Virus record (IMG/VR): IMGVR_UViG_3300036833_000303
Span: 6,208 to 70,207 of that record
Source of the DNA: a virus
Taxonomy: Duplodnaviria > Caudoviricetes
DNA: 64,000 bases
Strand: one strand, 5' to 3'
Below are positions 25,579-34,902 of this stretch, piece after piece (within the stretch, counting starts at the first letter, position 1; the number at the start of each line of letters is the position of its first letter). Position numbers and translations under genes: made by a program. A model generated the notes under the pieces. The model ran no database searches. It was not told where the DNA came from and saw nothing but the letters and a program-made list of their open reading frames with translations.

Positions 25579-27057
25579 ATGCCTTCACAAATCGTCGTAA
25601 CCGTCCCGGTTTCCGGCAACCCGACGACGGCATCCGTACGCAGCAACTTTCAAATCGCTGCCAGCGAGATCACGGCGCTGCAGGCAACGCCGCCGGGAAG
25701 CGGCATCGGCACCGTCAACGCAGGGCCCGGGCTGAGCGGCGGCGGTTCGACCACTTCGGTCACGCTCAGCCTCGCTACTCCGGTCTCCGTGGCCAACGGC
25801 GGCACCGGGGCTGCCGCTTTGAGCCAGTACGGGGCGCTGCTCGGCAACGGGACCAGCGCCGTCGCGGCCGCGGCACCAGGAGCGGTGGGCACGGTACTGA
25901 CCAGCAACGGAGCCGCCGCCAATCCGACTTTTCAGCCACCTGCGACCGGCGGCGGCACGGTCGGCAACGCCACCGCTGGTCAGATGGCGCAATACACCGG
26001 GGTCAATGTGGTCGGCGGCGCCACGATCTCGGGTGATGCGACGATCGCCGCGGGCGGTGCGCTGACCCTGGCAAGTGTGGTAACGGGTGCCACCTTTGCC
26101 TATCCTACCAGCCTGACCGTCGACGCGAAGGGCCGGATCACCGCTGCGACGGCGGGCGTGGCGCCCCCGACACCGGGGCCCGCCGGCTCGGTGCTCGGCT
26201 CGAACGGCACGGTCGCGGCCTACACCCGCGACCTGACCAGCCTCAACACGGTCACGGTAAACCAGAACACTGGGGCATTGCCCGCACCATACTCGGGAAC
26301 ACTGGTTCGTGCAGCCGGGGTGGACACTCAAAATGCCCGGGTGGAGATCGACTGTTTCAGCACCGGTACTGCAAACTCGCCGCAGCTCTCTCTTCGACGT
26401 TCGTCTGGAACGGCCGCCGCCCAGTTGCCGCCATTTCTCAACGCAATATTGGGGTACATCAATTTTGCCGGTTACACCGTCACGCCCGGCTATCAGCAAT
26501 CAGCCGGGATTATAGCGCGGGCCGCTGAACTATGGAACGACAACGCGCAAGGCTCGCAGCTGGAATTTAGCACTACGACACTGAATACCCAGGTCGGTGC
26601 GACTAATCCGACACGCATGACGATCGGCCAGGGCGTCGTTGTCGGCGGGGCGACCGGCGGCGCCACCACCATCGTTGGCGACATGGGACCGGGTACGGTC
26701 AATGTTCCCGCTACCGGTGGTTATTACGTTAACGGCCAGCCGCTTAGTACCGGCGGTGGCGCCGATACCGTGACGCGCAATATCGCCGCCGCAGCGACGG
26801 CTCCTTGGGCGGCGCTTCCCAGCGCTTTCAACGAGGTCACCACGGTCGCGGCCGTGGGTAACGGCTGTGCGCTCCCTGCGGGAACAGTCGGTCAGATTTG
26901 CAAGGTCCGCAACAGCGGGGCCAATCCTTTGGCCGTTTATCCGGCGGCGACTGCGGCAATCAATGCGCTGGCTGTCGGCGCGTCTATTACCGTTCCCGTC
27001 GACACCACCGCCTATTTCGAAGCGGTGGCGGCTACTCAGTGGTACACGGTGCCATGA
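25579..27057 (+). CDS. Gly/Ala/Thr-rich fibre-like virion protein
   Basis: Contains one copy of the module repeated in fibre 49225-51501. Confidence 0.6.
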   Translation: MPSQIVVTVPVSGNPTTASVRSNFQIAASEITALQATPPGSGIGTVNAGPGLSGGGSTTSVTLSLATPVSVANGGTGAAALSQYGALLGNGTSAVAAAAPGAVGTVLTSNGAAANPTFQPPATGGGTVGNATAGQMAQYTGVNVVGGATISGDATIAAGGALTLASVVTGATFAYPTSLTVDAKGRITAATAGVAPPTPGPAGSVLGSNGTVAAYTRDLTSLNTVTVNQNTGALPAPYSGTLVRAAGVDTQNARVEIDCFSTGTANSPQLSLRRSSGTAAAQLPPFLNAILGYINFAGYTVTPGYQQSAGIIARAAELWNDNAQGSQLEFSTTTLNTQVGATNPTRMTIGQGVVVGGATGGATTIVGDMGPGTVNVPATGGYYVNGQPLSTGGGADTVTRNIAAAATAPWAALPSAFNEVTTVAAVGNGCALPAGTVGQICKVRNSGANPLAVYPAATAAINALAVGASITVPVDTTAYFEAVAATQWYTVP

Positions 27058-28106
27058 CCCTACTTCGCGCTGCGCGCTACGCAGGGCTTGTCCTGGCCTG
27101 CATAGCCTTGGCGACGCAGGCTGCCCATGCTCAGGCGGTCGCCGGCCGGCCTCATCTGTTCACGGCTACCGCGGTCAGCGGAACAGCAAATGCGCCGACC
27201 ATCACGACGGGCGGCGGGTTCAACAACACGGCGATGGACATCGTCTGCGCCAATTTCACCACGCCAAACACCGGCCCTGTCAACACGCTTGCCGTGGATG
27301 GCAAGCCTGGGTTGCCGGTCCAGCGCCAGGTGCCCGGCGGGCTCATAGCTTTAGGTGGCAACGAGCTGACCGGGTACCAGTGTCTGCAGGTCAACACCGC
27401 CGGTACCGGGTTTGTGCTCGGCGGTGTGGCGGGTGGGATCACGGTCAATCCTACCCCCACGCCTCATCCGGTGACCGGCGCCGAGTGGACATACGGACAA
27501 ACATTTGTCTGCACGACGGCCTGTTCTCTGACGTTTCCCGCGGTGAGCACGTTGCCTAATCAAGGCGGGGTGAACATTGCCACCATCGGGGTACAGGCGA
27601 CGTTGACGCCAGCCTCGGGCGACCAGATCAACCCCGCGCAGATCGGCGGCAGCACAGGACCGGGCGGTGCGGTGACGTTCCCGGCCGATACACAGTCTTT
27701 TGTTGCGAATGGCGGTGCCAACACGCTGAGCGTGCCGATGGGTCCGGTGCAGGCTTTCTCGTTTGCTTGGCTGACGGGGATGGATCTGAGTGTAGCGGCC
27801 AACGGTTTTGGTGTCCACCGGACGACGACACCGCGCATCGTCTACGTCATCAGCTGCGAGAACGACGTCGTGGCGAGCACCGGCGCTACTATGCAGTTCT
27901 ACCAGCAGACGGCGAGCGGAGCGATTGGGAGCGGCACGATGATGGGTACCCCGTTCAATATGACGACGGGTGCATTGACCGAAGCCGCGAACTTGCTTCC
28001 TGCTGCGGGGGTCGTTGTGCCGGCGAATTACTGGATCGGCGCCAAAGTCAGCGGCGGACCATTATCTCCTACGGGACAGGGTCGATGCAACGGAAGCTTT
28101 CGCTAG
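27054..28106 (+). CDS. Exported or virion protein with signal peptide
   Basis: MTLLRAARYAGLVLACIALATQAAHA-Q. Confidence 0.6.
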   Translation: MTLLRAARYAGLVLACIALATQAAHAQAVAGRPHLFTATAVSGTANAPTITTGGGFNNTAMDIVCANFTTPNTGPVNTLAVDGKPGLPVQRQVPGGLIALGGNELTGYQCLQVNTAGTGFVLGGVAGGITVNPTPTPHPVTGAEWTYGQTFVCTTACSLTFPAVSTLPNQGGVNIATIGVQATLTPASGDQINPAQIGGSTGPGGAVTFPADTQSFVANGGANTLSVPMGPVQAFSFAWLTGMDLSVAANGFGVHRTTTPRIVYVISCENDVVASTGATMQFYQQTASGAIGSGTMMGTPFNMTTGALTEAANLLPAAGVVVPANYWIGAKVSGGPLSPTGQGRCNGSFR

Positions 28107-28294
28107 TTATCCTGATGGGGGTGCTGCTGGTGTCGATGTCGGCTGACGCATTCATCCTGCTGATGCCGACCGGCGGTGTGGCGCCCTCGTGCTTTACTGC
28201 TCCGGCGCAGTATGCCGCAAGCGGCGCTCCCACGTTTCCCTTGCAGATTGCCGGTCCGGCGAGCCCGACCTTCCCTATTACTCTTTGTCCGTAA
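28085..28294 (+). CDS. Small signal-peptide protein
   Basis: MQRKLSLVILMGVLLVSMSADA-F. Confidence 0.5.
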   Translation: MQRKLSLVILMGVLLVSMSADAFILLMPTGGVAPSCFTAPAQYAASGAPTFPLQIAGPASPTFPITLCP

Positions 28295-28304
28295 GGAACG
28301 CAGC

Positions 28305-28844
28305 ATGCGCAGGTTTCTCACAGGATCTCTGATAGGAGCCATTGTTGCTGCCGTCGTTGCCGGCAGCGTCTATTCCGCCACCAGCCTCTTATACATCAGC
28401 GGCACGCTGACGTCGGGGCATGTGCTGGTGGCAACCGCGGACGGGTTTGGCGCACAGGATGGCGGAGCTGCTGTTGCACTCGGATCGGCCAACACCTGGA
28501 CTGCCGCCAATACGTTCGCCGAGGTTCACGGTGCGGTCAATGCGCGACCGCTGACGACGAACATCTACACCGCTGTGACCGCCGACTGCGGGACGATCGT
28601 CGTACTGCCAACCGGCACCACACCGAGCGTGACCCTGCCGAATTTGAATACGCCGTGCACGATTACCTTTATCCTTTCTACCGCCGTGGCTTACACGTTC
28701 AACGCCGCGTCAGGCGGCTCGACCAACAACACGTCGGCTTTTCATGTCTCGAAAGCCACGATAGGCACGATGGTCGGAGCCACGATCATGACGCCGAGCG
28801 CCACAGCCGCGGTGTGGACCCTCTCGGGGGATCTTGCATCGTGA
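28305..28844 (+). CDS. Signal-peptide protein
   Basis: AAGGA RBS; MRRFLTGSLIGAIVAAVVAGSVYS-A. Confidence 0.6.
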   Translation: MRRFLTGSLIGAIVAAVVAGSVYSATSLLYISGTLTSGHVLVATADGFGAQDGGAAVALGSANTWTAANTFAEVHGAVNARPLTTNIYTAVTADCGTIVVLPTGTTPSVTLPNLNTPCTITFILSTAVAYTFNAASGGSTNNTSAFHVSKATIGTMVGATIMTPSATAAVWTLSGDLAS

Positions 28845-29614
28845 GATTTCGATACTTTCTCCCGATCGCGCTGTTATGTGGCGTGCTCGCGGGGGCGTTC
28901 TATGCTCGCGCGCAGATGTGGAGCCCATGGGTAAAGGGAACTCCAGTCGCGGCCGGCGTCGGCGGGCCTTTCGTCGCCGGTCCGCATGCGGCGATAGCCG
29001 GAAGCGGGACCGCTGCGTGCGGCCCGACCACCGCGATAAACACGGCCGCAGCCCCGGCCGCCAAGCTGATCGTCGTTTACGTGGCGAATTACGCTACGTC
29101 GACCGGCACCAACGTCCTCTCCGACAGCCTCAGCAATACCTGGGGAACACCGGATATTTCCTATGATCCCAGTAATGGGGGTTATAAGATCCTTGTATAT
29201 CATGTTTACGCCCCGGCTGTTGGAGCGTCGCACACATTCACCTTCACCGGCAATTACTGCGCGCTCTTCGTCGCCACATTCAGTGGCGGAAGCGCTACGC
29301 CTGGGAAGGACCAAACCAATTCGAATATTAATCTCACCAGTGGGTTGTCGAGCTGGCCCAATGCAACGGCTACTCCGCAGGCGTCGAACGAGTTGGTCGT
29401 CGTCGGCATACAGTTTGGGACGACTGCCGGCACGATTAATAGCATCAGCGCGCCTTTCACCATCACCGACACTGTGCCTTATGTCAATTCGACGACGAGC
29501 TACGGCGGTTCCTTTGCGTACCAGATCCAAGGCACCACAGCGGCGCTGGCGAACCCGACCTGGACGGGAAACGCGAACCAAACCCCAGTGACCATGATCG
29601 CCACCTATAAATGA
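28841..29614 (+). CDS. Signal-peptide beta-rich protein
   Basis: MRFRYFLPIALLCGVLAGAFYARA-Q. Confidence 0.6.
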   Translation: MRFRYFLPIALLCGVLAGAFYARAQMWSPWVKGTPVAAGVGGPFVAGPHAAIAGSGTAACGPTTAINTAAAPAAKLIVVYVANYATSTGTNVLSDSLSNTWGTPDISYDPSNGGYKILVYHVYAPAVGASHTFTFTGNYCALFVATFSGGSATPGKDQTNSNINLTSGLSSWPNATATPQASNELVVVGIQFGTTAGTINSISAPFTITDTVPYVNSTTSYGGSFAYQIQGTTAALANPTWTGNANQTPVTMIATYK

Positions 29615-29624
29615 TGTGTTCGTC

Positions 29625-30884
29625 ATGCAGCGCAGGAGCATAACCAGACGCGCCGCGCTCGGCGGCGCCGGGGGCTTGCTTCTTGTGGCGAAGCCGTCGC
29701 TCGCAAGGCGGGTGTTGACGTTTGGCGGCAACAATCAGCCTCCCATAAGCACAGTTAACTACGGGGCGGTTTACAAGTACAATAACGGGTTCTCCGCCGG
29801 CAAGTTCATCAACAGCGACGTGTGGGCGACGACGTGGGCCAGCGACGGGAATATCTATGCCGCACACGACGACAGCAATAATTGGCAGGCGACGGGCAAT
29901 ACCGGGAACCTGCAGATCAGCAAGCTCTCGGATTTCTCGACGTCGATGACCGGGACCATCGTGAACGATATGAACGCGAACTTCGGGGGGCAGACCCAGC
30001 CGGGGAACACCGACAACGCGACCTTCAAAGCGATGGGGATGATTAGCGTCAACGGTACGCTTTATGTGGGGGTGGCAAAGCAGGTTTACGGCCAAAACAC
30101 CGGGATTGGAACAGCGGCCCGCCAGTCTTCGGCGAACATGCAGATCATCAAGTCGAGTGATCACGGCGTCAACTGGACGCCGCTGCCGCCAAATGGTCAG
30201 GCGCAGCCATACCCGTCGCCGATGTTCAGCGGGCTCGTCAACAACACTTGTTTCTTTGTCCAGTATGCGACCGCGGATTATCAGAACAACACAGTCGATG
30301 GTTCCGATCAGTTTGTCTATGCCGTGTCGAACGACGGCTTTTGGAACAACGGCAACAAGCTGTTCCTCGGTCGGGTGCTGATCACCGATTTGCCAAAGCT
30401 CGATGGCACGCTGTGGAGCTATTATCAGGGTGGCGACGGTTCGCAGCCTGCTGCCTGGGTTCTCGGATCTGCCGGGTGGGCGAGCGCGCAGCCGATCATC
30501 AATCCTGCGCCGTCCGGCAGCTCGCTCAAGGTCAGCAGCAACGGCGTGCAGTACCTGCCGGCTTTCAAGCAGTATGTCCACATTCAATGGTGGTATCCGT
30601 CGATCGTGAACAATGTCGTTAACAACTCAGGGGTCACGCAATGGGATTTCTATACGTCTCCCGCCCCTTGGGGACCGTGGAGTTTGCTGCCATCAGCATC
30701 GAAGCTGTGGAATAATCCGGTAGGGACGCCTGGGCGTGGGCTTTATAATCCTAATATCATACCGAAATCGGTAAGCACCGATGGCGGGCGTACGGTGATG
30801 ATCACGACCGCGGGGGATTACAACAGTCAAGCTCATGACGTAGGGGACTACACGTTGACTTTAATTCCCACCACACTAAGCTAA
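29625..30884 (+). CDS. Tat-signal, DUF4185-like beta-propeller (putative glycoside hydrolase)
   Basis: Twin-arginine SITRRAALGGAGG; SDVWATTWASDG, SSDHGVNW, APWGPWS, GLYNPNI motifs. Confidence 0.6.
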   Translation: MQRRSITRRAALGGAGGLLLVAKPSLARRVLTFGGNNQPPISTVNYGAVYKYNNGFSAGKFINSDVWATTWASDGNIYAAHDDSNNWQATGNTGNLQISKLSDFSTSMTGTIVNDMNANFGGQTQPGNTDNATFKAMGMISVNGTLYVGVAKQVYGQNTGIGTAARQSSANMQIIKSSDHGVNWTPLPPNGQAQPYPSPMFSGLVNNTCFFVQYATADYQNNTVDGSDQFVYAVSNDGFWNNGNKLFLGRVLITDLPKLDGTLWSYYQGGDGSQPAAWVLGSAGWASAQPIINPAPSGSSLKVSSNGVQYLPAFKQYVHIQWWYPSIVNNVVNNSGVTQWDFYTSPAPWGPWSLLPSASKLWNNPVGTPGRGLYNPNIIPKSVSTDGGRTVMITTAGDYNSQAHDVGDYTLTLIPTTLS

Positions 30885-31073
30885 AGTGTGACGGGAGGGC
30901 TGCGATGAACAAGATTTACAACGCGTGCATGATCGAGATAGCCATTGCCGCCTGCTTGTATTGGTCGCCACGGCTCGATTATTCGCAATGTCGGCCGTGG
31001 TACGACTGGCTGCTCGAGCTGTTGTCGGCGGCCAACGATGACCGAGCGCATCAGTAGTTAAAAGGAGGAACGG

Positions 31074-31151
31074 ATGAAAGTGAAGCCTGCCGCGGGTCGC
31101 GATCCTGAGCTTGTCGAAGGGCGCCACCCGACAAACCCCGATAGGAGATAA
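31074..31151 (+). CDS. 25-aa minigene, possible truncated DUF2635-like protein
   Basis: AAGGAGG RBS; MKVKPAAGRDP...; directly upstream of the sheath gene. Confidence 0.35.
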   Translation: MKVKPAAGRDPELVEGRHPTNPDRR

Positions 31152-31154
31152 GCG

Positions 31155-32708
31155 ATGCCGCAAGGCTTGAGCGTCAGCCGCGTGGTTGACGTGACCGTCA
31201 ATTTCACGCCCCAGGCGATCCCGACGACCCGCTTCGACACCCTGCTGATCCTCGGCGACAGCCCGGTCGTCGACACCGGCGAGGTGATGCGCGAATACAA
31301 TTCGATCCATGACGTGAGTGTCGACTTCGGTACCGCTGCGACCGAATACCAAGCCGCCGCGCTGTTCTTCGGGCAGGTGCCGCAGCCGGGCACCCTCTTC
31401 ATCGGCCGCTGGGCGAACACCGCGACCAATGGCCGGCTCGTCAGCGGGCCACTGTCGGCCACCCAGCAGCTGATGTCGAACTGGACCGTCCTCACCGGCC
31501 CCAACACCGGCGGGTTCACATGCACGCTCGACGGCGGCACGGCGTTCCATGTGAGCGGCCTCGACTTCGGCACCCAGACCAATCTCAACGGCGTCGCCTC
31601 GGTCATCCAAACGGCGATACGCACATCTGGCGGGGCGGGTGCGGCAAACGCAACCTTCACTTGGGGTGGCATCAACAATCCGGTCTTCATGCTGACGAGC
31701 GGCAGCGCCACAGGCGGCCCGAACTCGACGGTCAGCTACCTGAGTGCGCCGCTCGCCGGCCTCGACATCTCCGGCGCCGGGGGGACGCTAACGGGGAATA
31801 TACCCTACGGCGGCTTGCTGATGACCTCGACGCTGGCCTCGCGCAACGTCGCCGGCATCGCGCTCGAGACCCCGGTCGCCTGCGTCGCGCGGGTCGACGG
31901 CCGGGGCTGGTACGCCTGCACCTTCGCCGCCTCGCGCATCCTGACCACCGCCGAGCACCAGGCGGTCTCCGGCTATATCGAGGCCGCCGCCGACAAACAT
32001 ATGTACGGGATCACCTCGCAGGACTCGCAGTGCCTCAACGCCGCCAGCGCCGCCGACATCGGCAGCCTCTCGATGCTCGCCAACTACATGCGCACCGTGG
32101 TCCAGTATTCGTCGCAGCGCTTCGCGATCGCCAGCTTCTTCGGCCGCGCACTGACCACGAATTTCGAGGGCAGCAACACCACGATCACCATGAAGTTCAA
32201 GGTCGAGCCGGGGATCTTCCCCGAGCTGTTGAGCGCCACCCAGGCGTCGACGCTGGCCAACAAGCGCACCAACGTCTACGTCCAATACAACAACGGTGCC
32301 GCGATCGTCGAGGAAGGCGTCATGTCGGGCCCCGCCTACTTCGACGAGATGTACGGGCTCGATTGGCTGTCGAACCAGATCCAGAACGACCTGTGGAACG
32401 TGCTCTACCAGAGCCCGAAAGTGCCGCAGACCAATCCCGGCGTGCATACCCTGGTGACCACCTGCGATCTCACCCTGTCGCAGGGCGTCACCAACGGACT
32501 GGTAGCGCCCGGGGTGTGGAACGCGCCGGGCTTTGGCGAGCTCAACCAAGGCGATACGCTGCACGCAGGCTGGTATACATTTGCCTCTTCGGTCGACACC
32601 CAAGATCAGGCCGATCGCGAAACAAGAATAGCTCCCGTCATAACTATTGCGGTGAAAATGGCTGGAGCTATCCATTTCTCTGACGTGACGATCAACGTTA
32701 ACCGCTAA
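31155..32708 (+). CDS. Tail sheath protein (DUF3383)
   Basis: MPQGLSVSRVVDV...EYQAAALFFGQVPQP...KVPQT...AGAIH. Confidence 0.88.
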   Translation: MPQGLSVSRVVDVTVNFTPQAIPTTRFDTLLILGDSPVVDTGEVMREYNSIHDVSVDFGTAATEYQAAALFFGQVPQPGTLFIGRWANTATNGRLVSGPLSATQQLMSNWTVLTGPNTGGFTCTLDGGTAFHVSGLDFGTQTNLNGVASVIQTAIRTSGGAGAANATFTWGGINNPVFMLTSGSATGGPNSTVSYLSAPLAGLDISGAGGTLTGNIPYGGLLMTSTLASRNVAGIALETPVACVARVDGRGWYACTFAASRILTTAEHQAVSGYIEAAADKHMYGITSQDSQCLNAASAADIGSLSMLANYMRTVVQYSSQRFAIASFFGRALTTNFEGSNTTITMKFKVEPGIFPELLSATQASTLANKRTNVYVQYNNGAAIVEEGVMSGPAYFDEMYGLDWLSNQIQNDLWNVLYQSPKVPQTNPGVHTLVTTCDLTLSQGVTNGLVAPGVWNAPGFGELNQGDTLHAGWYTFASSVDTQDQADRETRIAPVITIAVKMAGAIHFSDVTINVNR

Positions 32709-32830
32709 TTCGGCCCGACGCAGCTGCCGATCAGGTAGAGGATAAACAGCACCACCAGAATCTCGGGCAGGCGCCGCAGAACCCCGAGGACGGCCAGCGC
32801 CAGCAGAATGCCGCCCGCGACCGCGATCAT
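32705..32830 (-). CDS. Small 2-TM membrane protein (41 aa)
   Basis: MIAVAGGILLALAVLGVLRRLPEILVVLFILYLIGSCVGPN. Confidence 0.5.
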   Translation of the reverse strand: MIAVAGGILLALAVLGVLRRLPEILVVLFILYLIGSCVGPN

Positions 32831-32833
32831 TTC

Positions 32834-33253
32834 TTACCGCCGGTAGATTTGGGTGATGCCTTTATACGTGCATTTGAATCCGGTTACCGTTGGTTGGCAG
32901 TAGTTCTCAATCCACGCGATGTTATCGGAAGAAATGACCCACCATATTGCCTCGGCGATGTTTTGGTCTTTGATCGCACATGCTTCGATCGTATCGAGCC
33001 GCTGCGCACGAATTGCGAGACAGCCCCCCTGACCATTGGTCTGCAACGCCAAACCTAAATTAGGATCGAAGGCCTGGGCGCTCGCGGCGCTGGCGACCAT
33101 GGGTGGCGCGGCTGGTTCGAAAGGCCGCTCCTGATCAGAGTGGCATAGCGATCCGTGCGGAACCGTGCTGCACGGGTCAGGCACGTCATGAGCACTGGCA
33201 GTGCTCGCGACCACGGCGGTGGCCAGCGCGATGGCGGTGAGGGTCTTGTTCAT
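32834..33253 (-). CDS. Secreted Cys-containing protein (antisense moron)
   Basis: Signal peptide MNKTLTAIALATAVVASTASA; cassette RBS. Confidence 0.65.
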   Translation of the reverse strand: MNKTLTAIALATAVVASTASAHDVPDPCSTVPHGSLCHSDQERPFEPAAPPMVASAASAQAFDPNLGLALQTNGQGGCLAIRAQRLDTIEACAIKDQNIAEAIWWVISSDNIAWIENYCQPTVTGFKCTYKGITQIYRR

Positions 33254-33260
33254 CGGGGTG

Positions 33261-33353
33261 TCCTTTCGTGTGGGGGCGTTTCCAGCGCCTACACTCTGAT
33301 ATAAGCAGCTCCAGACTGCTGATCTTGATGATTGCGGCCAAAAACTTGATAAT
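33261..33353 (-). promoter_or_regulatory. 56-bp promoter-like element copy B + hairpin-RBS cassette
   Basis: 33298-33353 matches 17134-17189; gctTATATC, GGCG-ctggaaa-CGCC, GAAAGGA. Confidence 0.65.
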
Positions 33354-33356
33354 TCG

Positions 33357-33647
33357 TCACGGCTGCTCCCCTTCAAGCGCACCGACGCGATCGGCAAGCT
33401 GCAGCTGGTGGTCGATAAGGGCCTGCACCGAGGCCGCGACGCCGCTCATCAATCCGGTCAGCAAGCGGACATCCGCGCGCAAGGCACGGGTCTCAGCAAG
33501 TTCCTGGTCGACGCGCCGCTGCAACAACCTGATGTCGGCGCCTTTGGCGAAACTCGCCATGTCGCCACGCAACGCGTCGAGATCAGCTTTGGTGGCCATG
33601 TTCGCCTCGATCCGGGCGAGGCGAGCGATTAAATCTTGGTCGGGCAT
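33357..33647 (-). CDS. Coiled-coil protein (ATKADL motif)
   Basis: AGGAGG RBS; RIEANMATKADLDALRGDM. Confidence 0.68.
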   Translation of the reverse strand: MPDQDLIARLARIEANMATKADLDALRGDMASFAKGADIRLLQRRVDQELAETRALRADVRLLTGLMSGVAASVQALIDHQLQLADRVGALEGEQP

Positions 33648-33677
33648 CGCTGGTCCTCCTATGACCGGCTGTGTCTA

Positions 33678-33710
33678 GGGCGGCGCGGTGTTCGAAGCAC
33701 CACGTCGCCC
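33678..33710 (-). promoter_or_regulatory. Leader hairpin with CTTCGAA loop
   Basis: 13-bp stem GGGCGACGTGGTG/CACCGCGCCGCCC upstream of the AGGAGG RBS. Confidence 0.5.
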
Positions 33711-33727
33711 GCTTTATGTGGTGATCC

Positions 33728-33753
33728 GAAGCCCCGCTTGCCAGCGGGGCTTC
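33728..33753. terminator. Perfect 11-bp hairpin, possible terminator
   Basis: GAAGCCCCGCT-tgcc-AGCGGGGCTTC. Confidence 0.45.
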
Positions 33754-33776
33754 TGCTATCGGAGGGAGAATAAGCC

Positions 33777-34250
33777 GTGGCCACATACTCGTTTTTAGAT
33801 AACCTTTGTAGCATTGTCGGTCCCAATGGGAACGTCACGCTGGGCTCGGGAGCAGGTAACGCCGAAGGCGGCATAAGTATTGTCATGACCGAGGACAAGT
33901 CGACCATGACGATCGGCGCCGACGGCGCGGTCATGCACTCGCTGCATGCGGGAAAGTCGGCGACGGTTACCGTGCGGTTGTTAAAGACCTCGCCGAGCAA
34001 TTCGGTGCTGTCGACGATGTACGGGCTCGACACCAACGTCGCGGGCAACCCGCAGGCCTCGGCCAATCACGGCACCAACCAGATCAGCATCCGCGATCTG
34101 CAGCGCAACGACGTGATCAACTGCCAGTTTTGCGCCTTCGCGAAATTCGCCGACGTCACCTATGCGAAGGAGGGCGGCGAGATGGTGTGGACGTTCCACG
34201 CCGGCCAGGTCGATTTCGTGCTCGGCTCGGGGCTCGCGGTCGCGTTCTAA
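33777..34250 (+). CDS. Tail tube protein (DUF3277-like)
   Basis: MATYSFLD...MTIGADGAVMHSLHAGKS...LLKTSPSN. Confidence 0.85.
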   Translation: MATYSFLDNLCSIVGPNGNVTLGSGAGNAEGGISIVMTEDKSTMTIGADGAVMHSLHAGKSATVTVRLLKTSPSNSVLSTMYGLDTNVAGNPQASANHGTNQISIRDLQRNDVINCQFCAFAKFADVTYAKEGGEMVWTFHAGQVDFVLGSGLAVAF

Positions 34251-34442
34251 ATGCCTGCTGAAATCAGCAGCAATTTCGGCATCAACGATTTATTGGCTAT
34301 GCTGCGGCAATGCGGCTGGTGCGGCATGATCCATGGCCCGACGTGCCCGCGGATCAAAGCCATCGAGTATTACCCCAATGGCACCGTCAAGCGTGTCGAG
34401 TTCATAACGGAGGTGACGAGTGCAGGAGCTTTCGATCGGTGA
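34251..34442 (+). CDS. Small hypothetical protein
   Basis: CGWCGMIHGPTCPRIKAIEYYPNGTVKRVEF. Confidence 0.5.
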   Translation: MPAEISSNFGINDLLAMLRQCGWCGMIHGPTCPRIKAIEYYPNGTVKRVEFITEVTSAGAFDR

Positions 34443-34902
34443 GGTCAACTACCGCACCGGCAAGCTGGACGCGTTCCAGCAATTCCATGTGTTCCGCAAG
34501 CTGAGCCCCATCCTTTCGGGGTTGATCGAGACGTTCTCGCGCGCCCGGACTTCGGTGGCTGTCGGCAATGGCAATGACGAAGAAAGTCCGGCGGCCAACC
34601 CGGCCTTCTGGTCGGCGGTGGGTCCGGTGGCGCACGCGATTGCCGAGATGTCGCAAGAGGACAGCGAATACATCTTGCGGACTTGTCTCGGCACGGTCAT
34701 GCGCCGCGGCGCGGGCCCAGGCGGCAACTGGGCGCGGCTGACGACCATGACGGGCGTCCTGATGTTCGAGGATCTCGACCTCGGCGCAATGCTGCAGCTG
34801 ACCTATGCGGTGCTGGAGGACAACCTCGGGGATTTTTTTCGCGACGGCCTCCTCAGCATTTCAGCCGCCCAATCCCTTACGCCATCGAATGGGTCAGCAT
34901 GA
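34420..34902 (+). CDS. Tail assembly chaperone
   Basis: YRTGKLDAFQQFHVFRKLSP...DNLGDFF; lies between tube and tape measure. Confidence 0.82.
   Translation: MQELSIGEVNYRTGKLDAFQQFHVFRKLSPILSGLIETFSRARTSVAVGNGNDEESPAANPAFWSAVGPVAHAIAEMSQEDSEYILRTCLGTVMRRGAGPGGNWARLTTMTGVLMFEDLDLGAMLQLTYAVLEDNLGDFFRDGLLSISAAQSLTPSNGSA
34833..34839 (+). other. -1 programmed frameshift slippery site T TTT TTT
   Basis: In-frame X XXY YYZ heptamer; the -1 frame is open to 35084. Confidence 0.7.

Noticed and set aside
30905-31057. 50-aa ORF between the propeller gene and the sheath
   Set aside because: It has an RBS but no recognisable features and two competing frames, so it was not called.
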